From: an uncultured Gammaproteobacteria bacterium | GTDB taxonomy: Bacteria > Patescibacteriota > Patescibacteriia > Magasanikbacterales > UBA922 | Assembly (NCBI GenBank): GCA_964435035.1 | Contig: CAYSXR010000002.1 | Coordinates: 12,252-76,251 of the forward strand | Direction: 5' to 3' | Length of the DNA: 64,000 bases | Shown: piece after piece, positions 57,006 to 64,000 of the stretch | How the letters are laid out: each line of letters opens with the position of its first letter | How positions within the stretch are numbered: the first letter of the stretch is position 1 | The notes under the pieces: model-generated | What the model was told of the DNA's origin: nothing | The model's input: the letters and a program-made list of their open reading frames with translations, nothing else | Databases searched by the model: none | Translations under genes and position numbers: made by a program

Positions 57006-57709
57006 ACGCTTAAAATTTTCTTTAACTCATCAACATTAGTATTCCATTTCTCCCCATCAAACCATTCAGCTCCGGAAAATTGGAATTTGTAGGTATCAGT
57101 AGGACGTTGTGCTGAGCCTAGGTACACATATTTTTTTCCAGTATCTTTCGCCCATACAATTGCCTTCGTCATCATACCGATACCGATATTGGTAAATTGA
57201 CTTACGTTTGTAAGTTCGTAGAATGGGTATGAGTAATGCAGAATGTCTTTATTGGTATAACAAATTGCGTAGCCGAGTGTTGATACTTCACTCTGATTGG
57301 TTGTAACGACCCTCTCTAACTCCCCCTTGTAGGGGGAGGAATATTCGAGAAGCAGATTAAAGTTGCGATTATCCGCGTCGGTCAGCAATTCTTTTACTTT
57401 GTTTGCGCTAAAGGTGCCGTCACCAAATTTGGTGGTATAAAAATCTTTGGCAAGTTTGCCAATTGACCAGTGGTAGTCGGAATAGGGAAGGGGAATGGTA
57501 ACCAGTGTGATTTCATCTGTCTTTTTGAGCACACGTCGATTTTCGCTTGATAATTCAAATTTTGATAAATCAATTCGTACACTGCGTGTCTGATCCATCT
57601 CACCTTTGCCTCTGCGTGTAAAAACAAAACCATCAGCGTACATTTTACTGATGTTCTCTGAGGAAAAATCGGTGATTGTTTGTTTTTTCCAGCTTAAGTA
57701 GTTTGACAT
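57002..57709 (-). CDS. ATE/Bpt-like aminoacyl-tRNA transferase (GNAT fold)
   Basis: R..RIDL..F.LS...RRVLKK (ATE_N-like); YPFY...GIG....I.WAK..GKKYVYLG....YK..F...E (ATE_C-like); start 57709 because the upstream extension is a repeat. Confidence 0.7.
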   Translation of the reverse strand: MSNYLSWKKQTITDFSSENISKMYADGFVFTRRGKGEMDQTRSVRIDLSKFELSSENRRVLKKTDEITLVTIPLPYSDYHWSIGKLAKDFYTTKFGDGTFSANKVKELLTDADNRNFNLLLEYSSPYKGELERVVTTNQSEVSTLGYAICYTNKDILHYSYPFYELTNVSQFTNIGIGMMTKAIVWAKDTGKKYVYLGSAQRPTDTYKFQFSGAEWFDGEKWNTNVDELKKILSV

Positions 57710-57754
57710 AGAATAGAACACGGATGACACGGATTTAACGGATTGGGACGGATT
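57708..57754. repeat. ACACGGAT element, single arm (copy 4)
   Basis: atagaatagaacacggatgacacggatttaacggattgggacggatt, overlapping the start codon of the ATE-like gene. Confidence 0.85.
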
Positions 57755-57795
57755 ATATTTATTATTGATCTTGTTATGTTTACCCAATCAGTATG

Positions 57796-58197
57796 CTATT
57801 TAATTTTTGTTTTTTGAGTGTGAAATCTTTTTTCCATCCATCGGTAGATTCCAATAAATGCGCCCGTGCTTAGTATTGTAAAGAATGCCACCACTATATT
57901 GAATTCTGAGAAAAAAGCAGCAACGATTCCTCCAATCATGAGAATGTAGCTCCATGTTTTCATCTGCATTGCAGCAAAAAACATATTTGCGGCAGGGTCG
58001 GAGAGATGCCAGTATCGGTCGACGAGGAGGATGCTAACTCCAAAAATGAATATCCACATTGGTACTAGCATCGCACCGAGTGTTTCTTCGGGTATCGATG
58101 AACCGAATACTGCAAATGCGATGATTGCCCATACAAATGAAATGCCGAATGCGATTGCGCCTGCATAAAGCGCCTTTAGTCTAAACCAGATTAACAT
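57796..58197 (-). CDS. Hypothetical membrane protein
   Basis: About four TM segments. Confidence 0.7.
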   Translation of the reverse strand: MLIWFRLKALYAGAIAFGISFVWAIIAFAVFGSSIPEETLGAMLVPMWIFIFGVSILLVDRYWHLSDPAANMFFAAMQMKTWSYILMIGGIVAAFFSEFNIVVAFFTILSTGAFIGIYRWMEKRFHTQKTKIK

Positions 58198-58239
58198 ATG
58201 GTATACTTAGAATACTTAATTTTTTAAATTGTGTAATCT

Positions 58240-58419
58240 ATGGAAGAAAAACCAGTTGCACCTTCGAGTAAAACTCGTTTGGTGTTCAGTATCATAGTAC
58301 TTGCGGTCGGTCTTATCATGCTTGGTACTATGGAAGCGAAGCAATGGGCTTGGGTCGTGACGGTGGTCGGCGCATTGTCGATTATGTACAACGTGTTTAT
58401 GATGAAAAAAGGGAAATAG
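58240..58419 (+). CDS. Small two-TM membrane protein, 59 aa, absent from the ORF track
   Basis: MEEKPVAPSSKTRLVFSIIVLAVGLIMLGTMEAKQWAWVVTVVGALSIMYNVFMMKKGK, followed by hairpin 58436-58465. Confidence 0.6.
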   Translation: MEEKPVAPSSKTRLVFSIIVLAVGLIMLGTMEAKQWAWVVTVVGALSIMYNVFMMKKGK

Positions 58420-58464
58420 CCTTTTTTGTCTTTCGAAAAATACGTACGTACTGTACGTATTTTT

Positions 58465-59595
58465 TTAATATAATGCAATCCAGAGACCAAGTAGTACCAT
58501 CCCTGAATGCACGATCCAGAATCGCATTACGGTCTTTTCCTCGCTCCATCCGCGAATTTCAAAATGGTGATGGATGGGTGCCATAGAGAAAATGCGACGA
58601 CCAAGTGTGTGTCTGCCGATGATTTGAATCACGACGCTTATAAGTTCAGCAAAGAAGATAAATCCGAATAATGGGAGGAGGAGCATGTGATTGATGACAA
58701 TCGTATTGATCGCAAGGAGTGCTCCCAGTCCGAGTGAACCTACATCTCCCATCTGGAAACGTGCAGGTTTGATATTGAAATAGGTATATGCAATGAGTGC
58801 TCCTGCAACCATAGTATTTAGAATTGCAATTTCTTGGTAGCCCTGGAGCCAGCTTAGTACGCCGAGTGTTGAGAAGGTGACTAAGAGAGATCCTCCTGCA
58901 AGACCGTCCATTCCATCAGCTACGTTTACAGCATTTGCCGTAAACATAACAAAGAAAATAATAAGCGGAATAATCCAGATGCCGATATTTACAAATCCAT
59001 CAAATGGAATATGAATTTCTCTCCAGGTTTCGCCGAGTTTGAAATATACCCACCATGCGGTGATAGCACCTGCGATAAACTGCAATAATAATTTTTCATG
59101 TACATGAATACCACGACCTGGGTGTCTCGAGAGCCAGACTGAGGTGCGTTTGAACAGTGACCAGGGGAGTGTGATTGTATACCACACACGCATTTTCCAG
59201 TCATGGTGTACGTGAATGAGGCGGAATACTTGGCTTAGTTTTCTACTGCGACGTTTTTGTCCATAGATATTCATCACATCATCAATTCCTCCAAGGAGGG
59301 CTGACAAAAGCATTACTCCAATTGGTACCCAGGTGTATTTTCTCTCCCAATTAAAAATCATGGTAAGTATGGCGACCGTGACAATGACCAATAGGCCTCC
59401 CATCACGGGGACACCGGCTTTTCCTTTGCGAGCGCCCATCGCTAGGGTTGCGTCGTATTCGGGGCGTCGGGTGAGTTTGTATCGGTAGAGAATTTTGGTA
59501 AGCAGAGGTGCCCAAGCAAATGCGGCAAGGCAAGAGAGAAGTCCATAGCCTATGATGGAGCGTAGGAGATCGAGAGAAGATTCAGGAATTACCAT
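58465..59595 (-). CDS. mraY: Phospho-N-acetylmuramoyl-pentapeptide transferase
   Basis: PVMGG, GGIDD, NAVNVADGMDGL, FQMGDVGSL, MAPIHHHFE..GWSE...RFW. Confidence 0.92.
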   Translation of the reverse strand: MVIPESSLDLLRSIIGYGLLSCLAAFAWAPLLTKILYRYKLTRRPEYDATLAMGARKGKAGVPVMGGLLVIVTVAILTMIFNWERKYTWVPIGVMLLSALLGGIDDVMNIYGQKRRSRKLSQVFRLIHVHHDWKMRVWYTITLPWSLFKRTSVWLSRHPGRGIHVHEKLLLQFIAGAITAWWVYFKLGETWREIHIPFDGFVNIGIWIIPLIIFFVMFTANAVNVADGMDGLAGGSLLVTFSTLGVLSWLQGYQEIAILNTMVAGALIAYTYFNIKPARFQMGDVGSLGLGALLAINTIVINHMLLLPLFGFIFFAELISVVIQIIGRHTLGRRIFSMAPIHHHFEIRGWSEEKTVMRFWIVHSGMVLLGLWIALY

Positions 59596-59700
59596 AGTTT
59601 GTTAGTTTGTAGTCAGTAGAGAAAGCCAATGGTTGGTATAAAAAGAATGGCTTATTTAAGCCACTCCAGTCTACTGCAAAATAAGGAAAAATTCAAGTTA

Positions 59701-60360
59701 TTACGTATCTTTGATTTTTCTTCTTAGTTCATTGATATTTCTGAGGTCATTACCCATAATATTTTCTCTGGAAACTACGCCGGTTTGATCTACTGGCTGT
59801 TCTACCATTTTCATTACACATTCAATGAGGCAGTCTCGTAATCCTTGGCTACTCTCAGGTGAGATTTGATCTGGTGTAATTCCACGTTCTTTCATTGCTT
59901 GTTCAAGTGTTTCTTCGGTTATAATACCCTTGAATATATCTCTTTGAGCTTTTGGTGTGCCATATTCTTTTACTACTCCTTTAATAAAAGATAGTATTTC
60001 ATCAATTGTCAGGTTGTTTTCAGGGTCTTTTCCGATTTGTATTCTTTGTACTTGAGCCTCTTTGAGGAGATAGAGATGATCGTTTAGATCTTCAAAATTG
60101 TTTTTGTCGAATAGCTTGTCTATGGTGCGTACTGCGTGATCGAGTTCCTCAGTATGTACTGATTCTTGTTCCAATGTTGCACGGCGTATTTTTAATTTTT
60201 CTATTTCACGGTCTATTGCCTCTATGTCACTGTCTATTTCAAGAAGGTCTTTTTCAAAAGAGGATTGTATTTGTGTGTATGCAGATCTGTTTTCAGAGCC
60301 TACTGTTTGTCGTTTTTCTGCTGAACCACCCCAGAACGGACCTTTTTTAGATTCTGTCAT
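59701..60360 (-). CDS. Hypothetical coiled-coil protein
   Basis: 219-aa charged ORF with heptad pattern. Confidence 0.65.
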   Translation of the reverse strand: MTESKKGPFWGGSAEKRQTVGSENRSAYTQIQSSFEKDLLEIDSDIEAIDREIEKLKIRRATLEQESVHTEELDHAVRTIDKLFDKNNFEDLNDHLYLLKEAQVQRIQIGKDPENNLTIDEILSFIKGVVKEYGTPKAQRDIFKGIITEETLEQAMKERGITPDQISPESSQGLRDCLIECVMKMVEQPVDQTGVVSRENIMGNDLRNINELRRKIKDT

Positions 60361-60364
60361 ATGT

Positions 60365-61135
60365 TTAAAATTTATTGATACGCTTTATGATTACTGTATC
60401 AGCCGACTTAAGGTATGTCCATGTTTCATTTTTCTCACCATTCTTTCCATCCTCAGTCCATTTTTGTTCAAGAATAGTTCCGTTTGGCTTGGTAATTTCA
60501 ATTGTACCTCGTCTGATACCTTTGGTGTATTTTCCTTCGCTTTTCCAGGTATATGAATGTGCATATTCTAGTGACTGTACTTTTTCTGAGTCGTCACGAG
60601 TGACTGAGGTAATAATAATTACATGATTGTAGTCATGTTGGGGTCCTCCGCCAAGTGAGATTATCAAATCGCTTGGTCTCACCTCAGCGAGAGAAATTTC
60701 GGTGGAATTTTCATGAAGTGTAGTTACTCCAGTATTTTCCGTTGTTCTGATTTTTGCAATCATTCTTCGGAGTAGTCTTTTTGATTTGAATGACAGTATT
60801 TTTTTGAGTGTTTTTCCTTTGGATTGAAGTTCTGCATCAAGAATGTAGTATGCAAAAGCAGAACAATCAAGTCCGATATGATGTTCGGTTAGAAATTTTA
60901 CGAGATCGCCTTCATTTAATTCATCGAGTTCAAACTTATCTCGAAGCGAGAGAATGCGTGCTTCGTCAGCAATTTCCAGAGGAGTTCCTTTTCCTACCAG
61001 TACTCGAAGTGCTCCCCGGAGATTGGTTGTGCGATTGTTGAAATAGGGGCAATTGATTGTTTTGTTTCCAATTTTGAGGTGTTCGTATGAATCGATCACT
61101 GCGAGTGCTTGGTCTGAAAGTTTTTTTGTAATCAT
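60365..61135 (-). CDS. NlpC/P60-like papain-fold amidase
   Basis: GLDCSAF, then P.DLI, NHVIII and a downstream H. Confidence 0.7.
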   Translation of the reverse strand: MITKKLSDQALAVIDSYEHLKIGNKTINCPYFNNRTTNLRGALRVLVGKGTPLEIADEARILSLRDKFELDELNEGDLVKFLTEHHIGLDCSAFAYYILDAELQSKGKTLKKILSFKSKRLLRRMIAKIRTTENTGVTTLHENSTEISLAEVRPSDLIISLGGGPQHDYNHVIIITSVTRDDSEKVQSLEYAHSYTWKSEGKYTKGIRRGTIEITKPNGTILEQKWTEDGKNGEKNETWTYLKSADTVIIKRINKF

Positions 61136-61144
61136 AATTGCATT

Positions 61145-61246
61145 AATCCGTGTAAACCCGTGTTATCCGTTAAATCCGCGTTCTATTAAGTGAATGTTAT
61201 AGAATAGCACACGGATGACACGGATTTAACGGATTGGGACGGATTT
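61145..61246. repeat. ACACGGAT periodic inverted-repeat element (copy 5)
   Basis: aatccgtgtaaacccgtgttatccgttaaatccgcgttctatt ... atagaatagcacacggatgacacggatttaacggattgggacggattt. Confidence 0.85.
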
Positions 61247-62467
61247 TTATATTGAAATAATATCCTTAATCTCTATTCCGACATCGGTAAACTCCCTATC
61301 AGTTTCAATAATGCTTGTGTCTGATTGTATTCGTAATAGATCGCTATTGTGTTCAGTGTTATTATATGGAATCACTTTGAAATTTTTCTCTGTTAGTTTT
61401 TTTGACGCTTCTTCAAGTTGTGTAACGGATGTTATCTTTTTTGTTACTCGTTGAATAATCTGTGCTCCGTTAGAAATTTTTACGAGAGTCACTTCGTCCA
61501 ATGGTTCACCAAGTAGTGCATTCACATGTGCTTCAAGAACGGTGAGCGTACTTTCGTCTTTTTTAATCTTATTCTGTAGTTCGCTTTCGTGCGAAGTACT
61601 TGCTGGCTGACGTGCATTGATTTCTATCAGATACCATCGGCTTTCTTTGGTACTCCAGATTGCGTCGATTCCAAATAATCCGACCCAACCAAGGTTACGA
61701 AGTGTATTAGCCACCTCTCGTGCTATGAGATCATACGAAGTGCGTTCTGATTCATTTAATATGCGATAGGGAGCTCCCCAGTCATTTCCAATAGTAGCAA
61801 ATGCACTGTCAGTGAATGGTTTTATTCCCGTAATCTGATAGCTGATATTTCCAGTGAGTGTGGTGTCTTGTGCAACTACAATATTACTTGTAAACACCGG
61901 TCCTTCAATAAGTGGTGCAATTCGTGATTCACGTTTTGGAAATTGATTTTTTAGTTCATCTAATTTTTCTGCTGCATCAATAATCATTGTTCCACTTCCC
62001 GTGTGAGAATGATTAAATTGAAGTACAAAAGGTGTGTCTAGCCATTGAATTTCTTCAATTCTTTTTTTCTCATATCGGGGCATGAGTTCGCTTAATTTTT
62101 CAAGTGTGGTGAGCTGTGTAATTTTTTCTTCAAGCGAAGCTGCTAATTTTGATGCAGGATTTAGAAGCGTATATTCCATTTTTTTACACCATTTTTCTAT
62201 GAGCGATGTATTTTTGAATACAAGGATTTTTGGTGAGTCAAATGTGCTCAAAAGCTTTTCGGTTTCTTCATGAGCTAGTAGCTCGTGAGTATCAAGTGTA
62301 TTCGGGCTATCTATAAGGTGTATGCGGTCAGGGTATGCATTCTGAACTGACTTGGCAAACGGTGTTTCATTTGAGATAATGAAAATAGACGGAATGGTAA
62401 GGCATCCGATAGCGCGTTCGATGTCACGAGTGATATAGATGATTGTATTTTTGCCAACTTTTTTCAT
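61247..62467 (-). CDS. ATP-grasp fold ligase
   Basis: LEEK, SHTGSGT loop, IEGP, GLFGIDAI, YLIEINAR. Confidence 0.8.
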   Translation of the reverse strand: MKKVGKNTIIYITRDIERAIGCLTIPSIFIISNETPFAKSVQNAYPDRIHLIDSPNTLDTHELLAHEETEKLLSTFDSPKILVFKNTSLIEKWCKKMEYTLLNPASKLAASLEEKITQLTTLEKLSELMPRYEKKRIEEIQWLDTPFVLQFNHSHTGSGTMIIDAAEKLDELKNQFPKRESRIAPLIEGPVFTSNIVVAQDTTLTGNISYQITGIKPFTDSAFATIGNDWGAPYRILNESERTSYDLIAREVANTLRNLGWVGLFGIDAIWSTKESRWYLIEINARQPASTSHESELQNKIKKDESTLTVLEAHVNALLGEPLDEVTLVKISNGAQIIQRVTKKITSVTQLEEASKKLTEKNFKVIPYNNTEHNSDLLRIQSDTSIIETDREFTDVGIEIKDIISI

Positions 62468-62511
62468 AATTTAGACTCAAGCATACTATTTTTTCTTTCT
62501 AATTGCAACGT

Positions 62512-63471
62512 ATGGAAGCACTCGCACCAAAATTGAAACAGTACGGAAAAGTAAAAATAAGTGAACCATTATTCAAACATACGTCATTTAAAATTGGTGG
62601 GTCAGCTCGATTTTTTGTGTCTCCTGAAACACTAGAGAGTCATGTGGAACTGATGCAGTACCTCGATGGTATTGGAGTCTCATATGTGATTCTTGGTGGG
62701 GGGAGTAATATGCTTGCGCCAGATACTGGTTTTGACGGCGTGGTCATTCACCCTGAATACCAAGAAATTAAACGTGAAGGGTCCAAAGTTATTGCAGATG
62801 CCGGAGCGCTCACCGTGTCCGTTGCGCGATTTTCTATGAAAGAACAATTGACTGGTTTTGAGTGGGGAGTTGGGGTGCCTGGTACCATCGGTGGTGCGGT
62901 TCGCGGAAATGCAGGTGCGATGGGATTTGAAATGAAAGATTCGGTAACAAAAGTAACCATGTACCAAGATGGAGAAGTGATGGATTTTAATATTGAACAA
63001 TGTGCTTTTGAGTATCGATCAAGTATTTTTAAACGTAAAGGTGGAGTAGTCTTGCAAGTTACACTTGAGTTGGAACAAACAGAAAATAAAGAACTAATCA
63101 AACATGCACTTGAGTATCTTAATTACCGAAATTCTACTCAGCCTCAAGGCCATGCTTCGACTGGATGTATCTTCCAAAATCCTGATGTTGGTAAATACCG
63201 TCCTCAGTTAGTTGAGCATTTTGATAAATATAGCGAGCATGTACAGAAATTTCTATCACTGGGCAAGATCTCCGCGGGTTGGCTTATTGAACAAGCGGGG
63301 TTGAAAGGTGAACAGGTGGGGCAAGCACTGGTTTCTGAACAACATGGTAATTTTATTGTGAATTTAGGAGGTGCCACTTCTCACGATGTACGCACTCTTA
63401 TTGATAGAATCAAAGAAACGGTCTATACTAAATTTGGGATCACACTTGAGGAGGAAATATACACTTTTTAG
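62512..63471 (+). CDS. murB: UDP-N-acetylenolpyruvoylglucosamine reductase
   Basis: HTSFKIGG, GGGSN, PGTIGGAV.GNAGA, F.YRSS.F, QP..STGCIFQNP, HGNFIVN, LEEEI. Confidence 0.96.
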   Translation: MEALAPKLKQYGKVKISEPLFKHTSFKIGGSARFFVSPETLESHVELMQYLDGIGVSYVILGGGSNMLAPDTGFDGVVIHPEYQEIKREGSKVIADAGALTVSVARFSMKEQLTGFEWGVGVPGTIGGAVRGNAGAMGFEMKDSVTKVTMYQDGEVMDFNIEQCAFEYRSSIFKRKGGVVLQVTLELEQTENKELIKHALEYLNYRNSTQPQGHASTGCIFQNPDVGKYRPQLVEHFDKYSEHVQKFLSLGKISAGWLIEQAGLKGEQVGQALVSEQHGNFIVNLGGATSHDVRTLIDRIKETVYTKFGITLEEEIYTF

Positions 63472-63499
63472 TCAATATTTTATTCTTAATCCGAATTGT

Positions 63500-63847
63500 A
63501 TGAACATTTCAATTCATGCTAATAGTACTGAGCTTACTGATGCGCTTCGTGAATATGCTGAAAAGAAAATGGAAGGTTTGGTAAAATATTTTGATGGTAT
63601 TACTCGGGTGGTTGTAGATATTGGACTTATTTCGACTCATCATCAAAAAGGTAAAATATTTTTTGCCGAGGCAAATGTACATCTTCCTCAGGGTAAAATG
63701 ATTCGCGTGAGAAAAGAAGCTGAAGATTTGTATAAAGCGATTGATAAAGTGAAAGATCATTTGAAAGTAGAACTTGATGAATTCAAGAGTAAGTTGCGAT
63801 CAAAAGATCGTGAAGTACTTCGGGATGTCAAAGGGTATCAGGAGTAG
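63500..63847 (+). CDS. hpf: Ribosome hibernation factor (HPF/RaiA)
   Basis: ELTDALREYAEKK, DLYKAID; start corrected to ATG 63500. Confidence 0.92.
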   Translation: MNISIHANSTELTDALREYAEKKMEGLVKYFDGITRVVVDIGLISTHHQKGKIFFAEANVHLPQGKMIRVRKEAEDLYKAIDKVKDHLKVELDEFKSKLRSKDREVLRDVKGYQE

Positions 63848-63886
63848 GTTTTTTTGGTTGTCTAGTTGTCTGGTTAATGACGTACT

Positions 63887-64000
63887 ATGAAACGTGAAGG
63901 TGGAGAAAATGGTGGTGTAGGATTTGAATCAAAATTTAGAGAAGGTGAAACAGAATTTCAGAAAGTTCTTTTTGATGTTGCACGAAGTGCACATTATCTA
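63887..64000 (+). CDS. Hypothetical protein, 3'-truncated by window edge
   Basis: Open frame MKREGGENGGVGFESKF... to the window end. Confidence 0.5.
   Translation, partial: MKREGGENGGVGFESKFREGETEFQKVLFDVARSAHYL

Noticed and set aside
57710-57787. N-terminal extension of the ATE-like ORF (likewise 1921-2049 and 54673-54723)
   Set aside because: These extensions are translations of repeat elements; downstream ATGs fit better.
1971-61246. ACACGGAT repeats as a CRISPR array
   Set aside because: Copies are dispersed and inverted, have no unique 30-40-nt spacers, and no cas genes are present.
1-64000. Alternative genetic code (TGA = Gly, code 25)
   Set aside because: Conserved genes such as mraZ and era are full length in code 11, and mraZ ends at TGA at the expected length.

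Overview
64 kb of AT-rich bacterial chromosome in standard code 11. Gene content and style point to Patescibacteria/CPR, probably Parcubacteria or ABY1-like (inference): backbone genes without Shine-Dalgarno, a GAGC-type lipoprotein, a dispersed dcw cluster and an archaeal-type PGI/PMI. The backbone carries uvrA/uvrC, mraZ-rsmH-ftsL, a membrane-anchored Clp ATPase, rplU, dnaB-ybaB-recR, a large glycosylation locus (rmlB, fdtA-like, rmlD, long rmlA, GT2/GT4/GT-C), murA, ctpA, era, rplI, pyrG, cls, rarA, tsaE, glyA, mraY, murB and hpf. I found no rRNA, tRNA or CRISPR array. Main observations: (1) seven GC-rich orphan-gene cassettes share one design (sigma70 promoter, strong SD, orphan ORF, long 3' hairpin), unlike the SD-less backbone, and one is flanked by a 33/34-bp direct repeat; (2) a divergent Elp3 + Trm9/ALKBH8-like methyltransferase-NUDIX pair suggests eukaryote/archaea-type mcm5U34 tRNA modification in a bacterium; (3) an unannotated 53-aa LysW-like zinc-ribbon protein ending in Lys lies in a cluster with a PLP enzyme, an ATP-grasp ligase, an ATE/Bpt-like aminoacyl-tRNA transferase, an Mpl-like Mur ligase, MraY, NlpC/P60 and MurB; (4) several families of short periodic or palindromic intergenic repeats occur, some translated in frame inside genes; (5) a GIY-YIG gene is bounded by perfect 28-bp inverted repeats; (6) a candidate structured ncRNA lies upstream of dnaB. 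All family assignments come from motif recognition by eye, not database searches.
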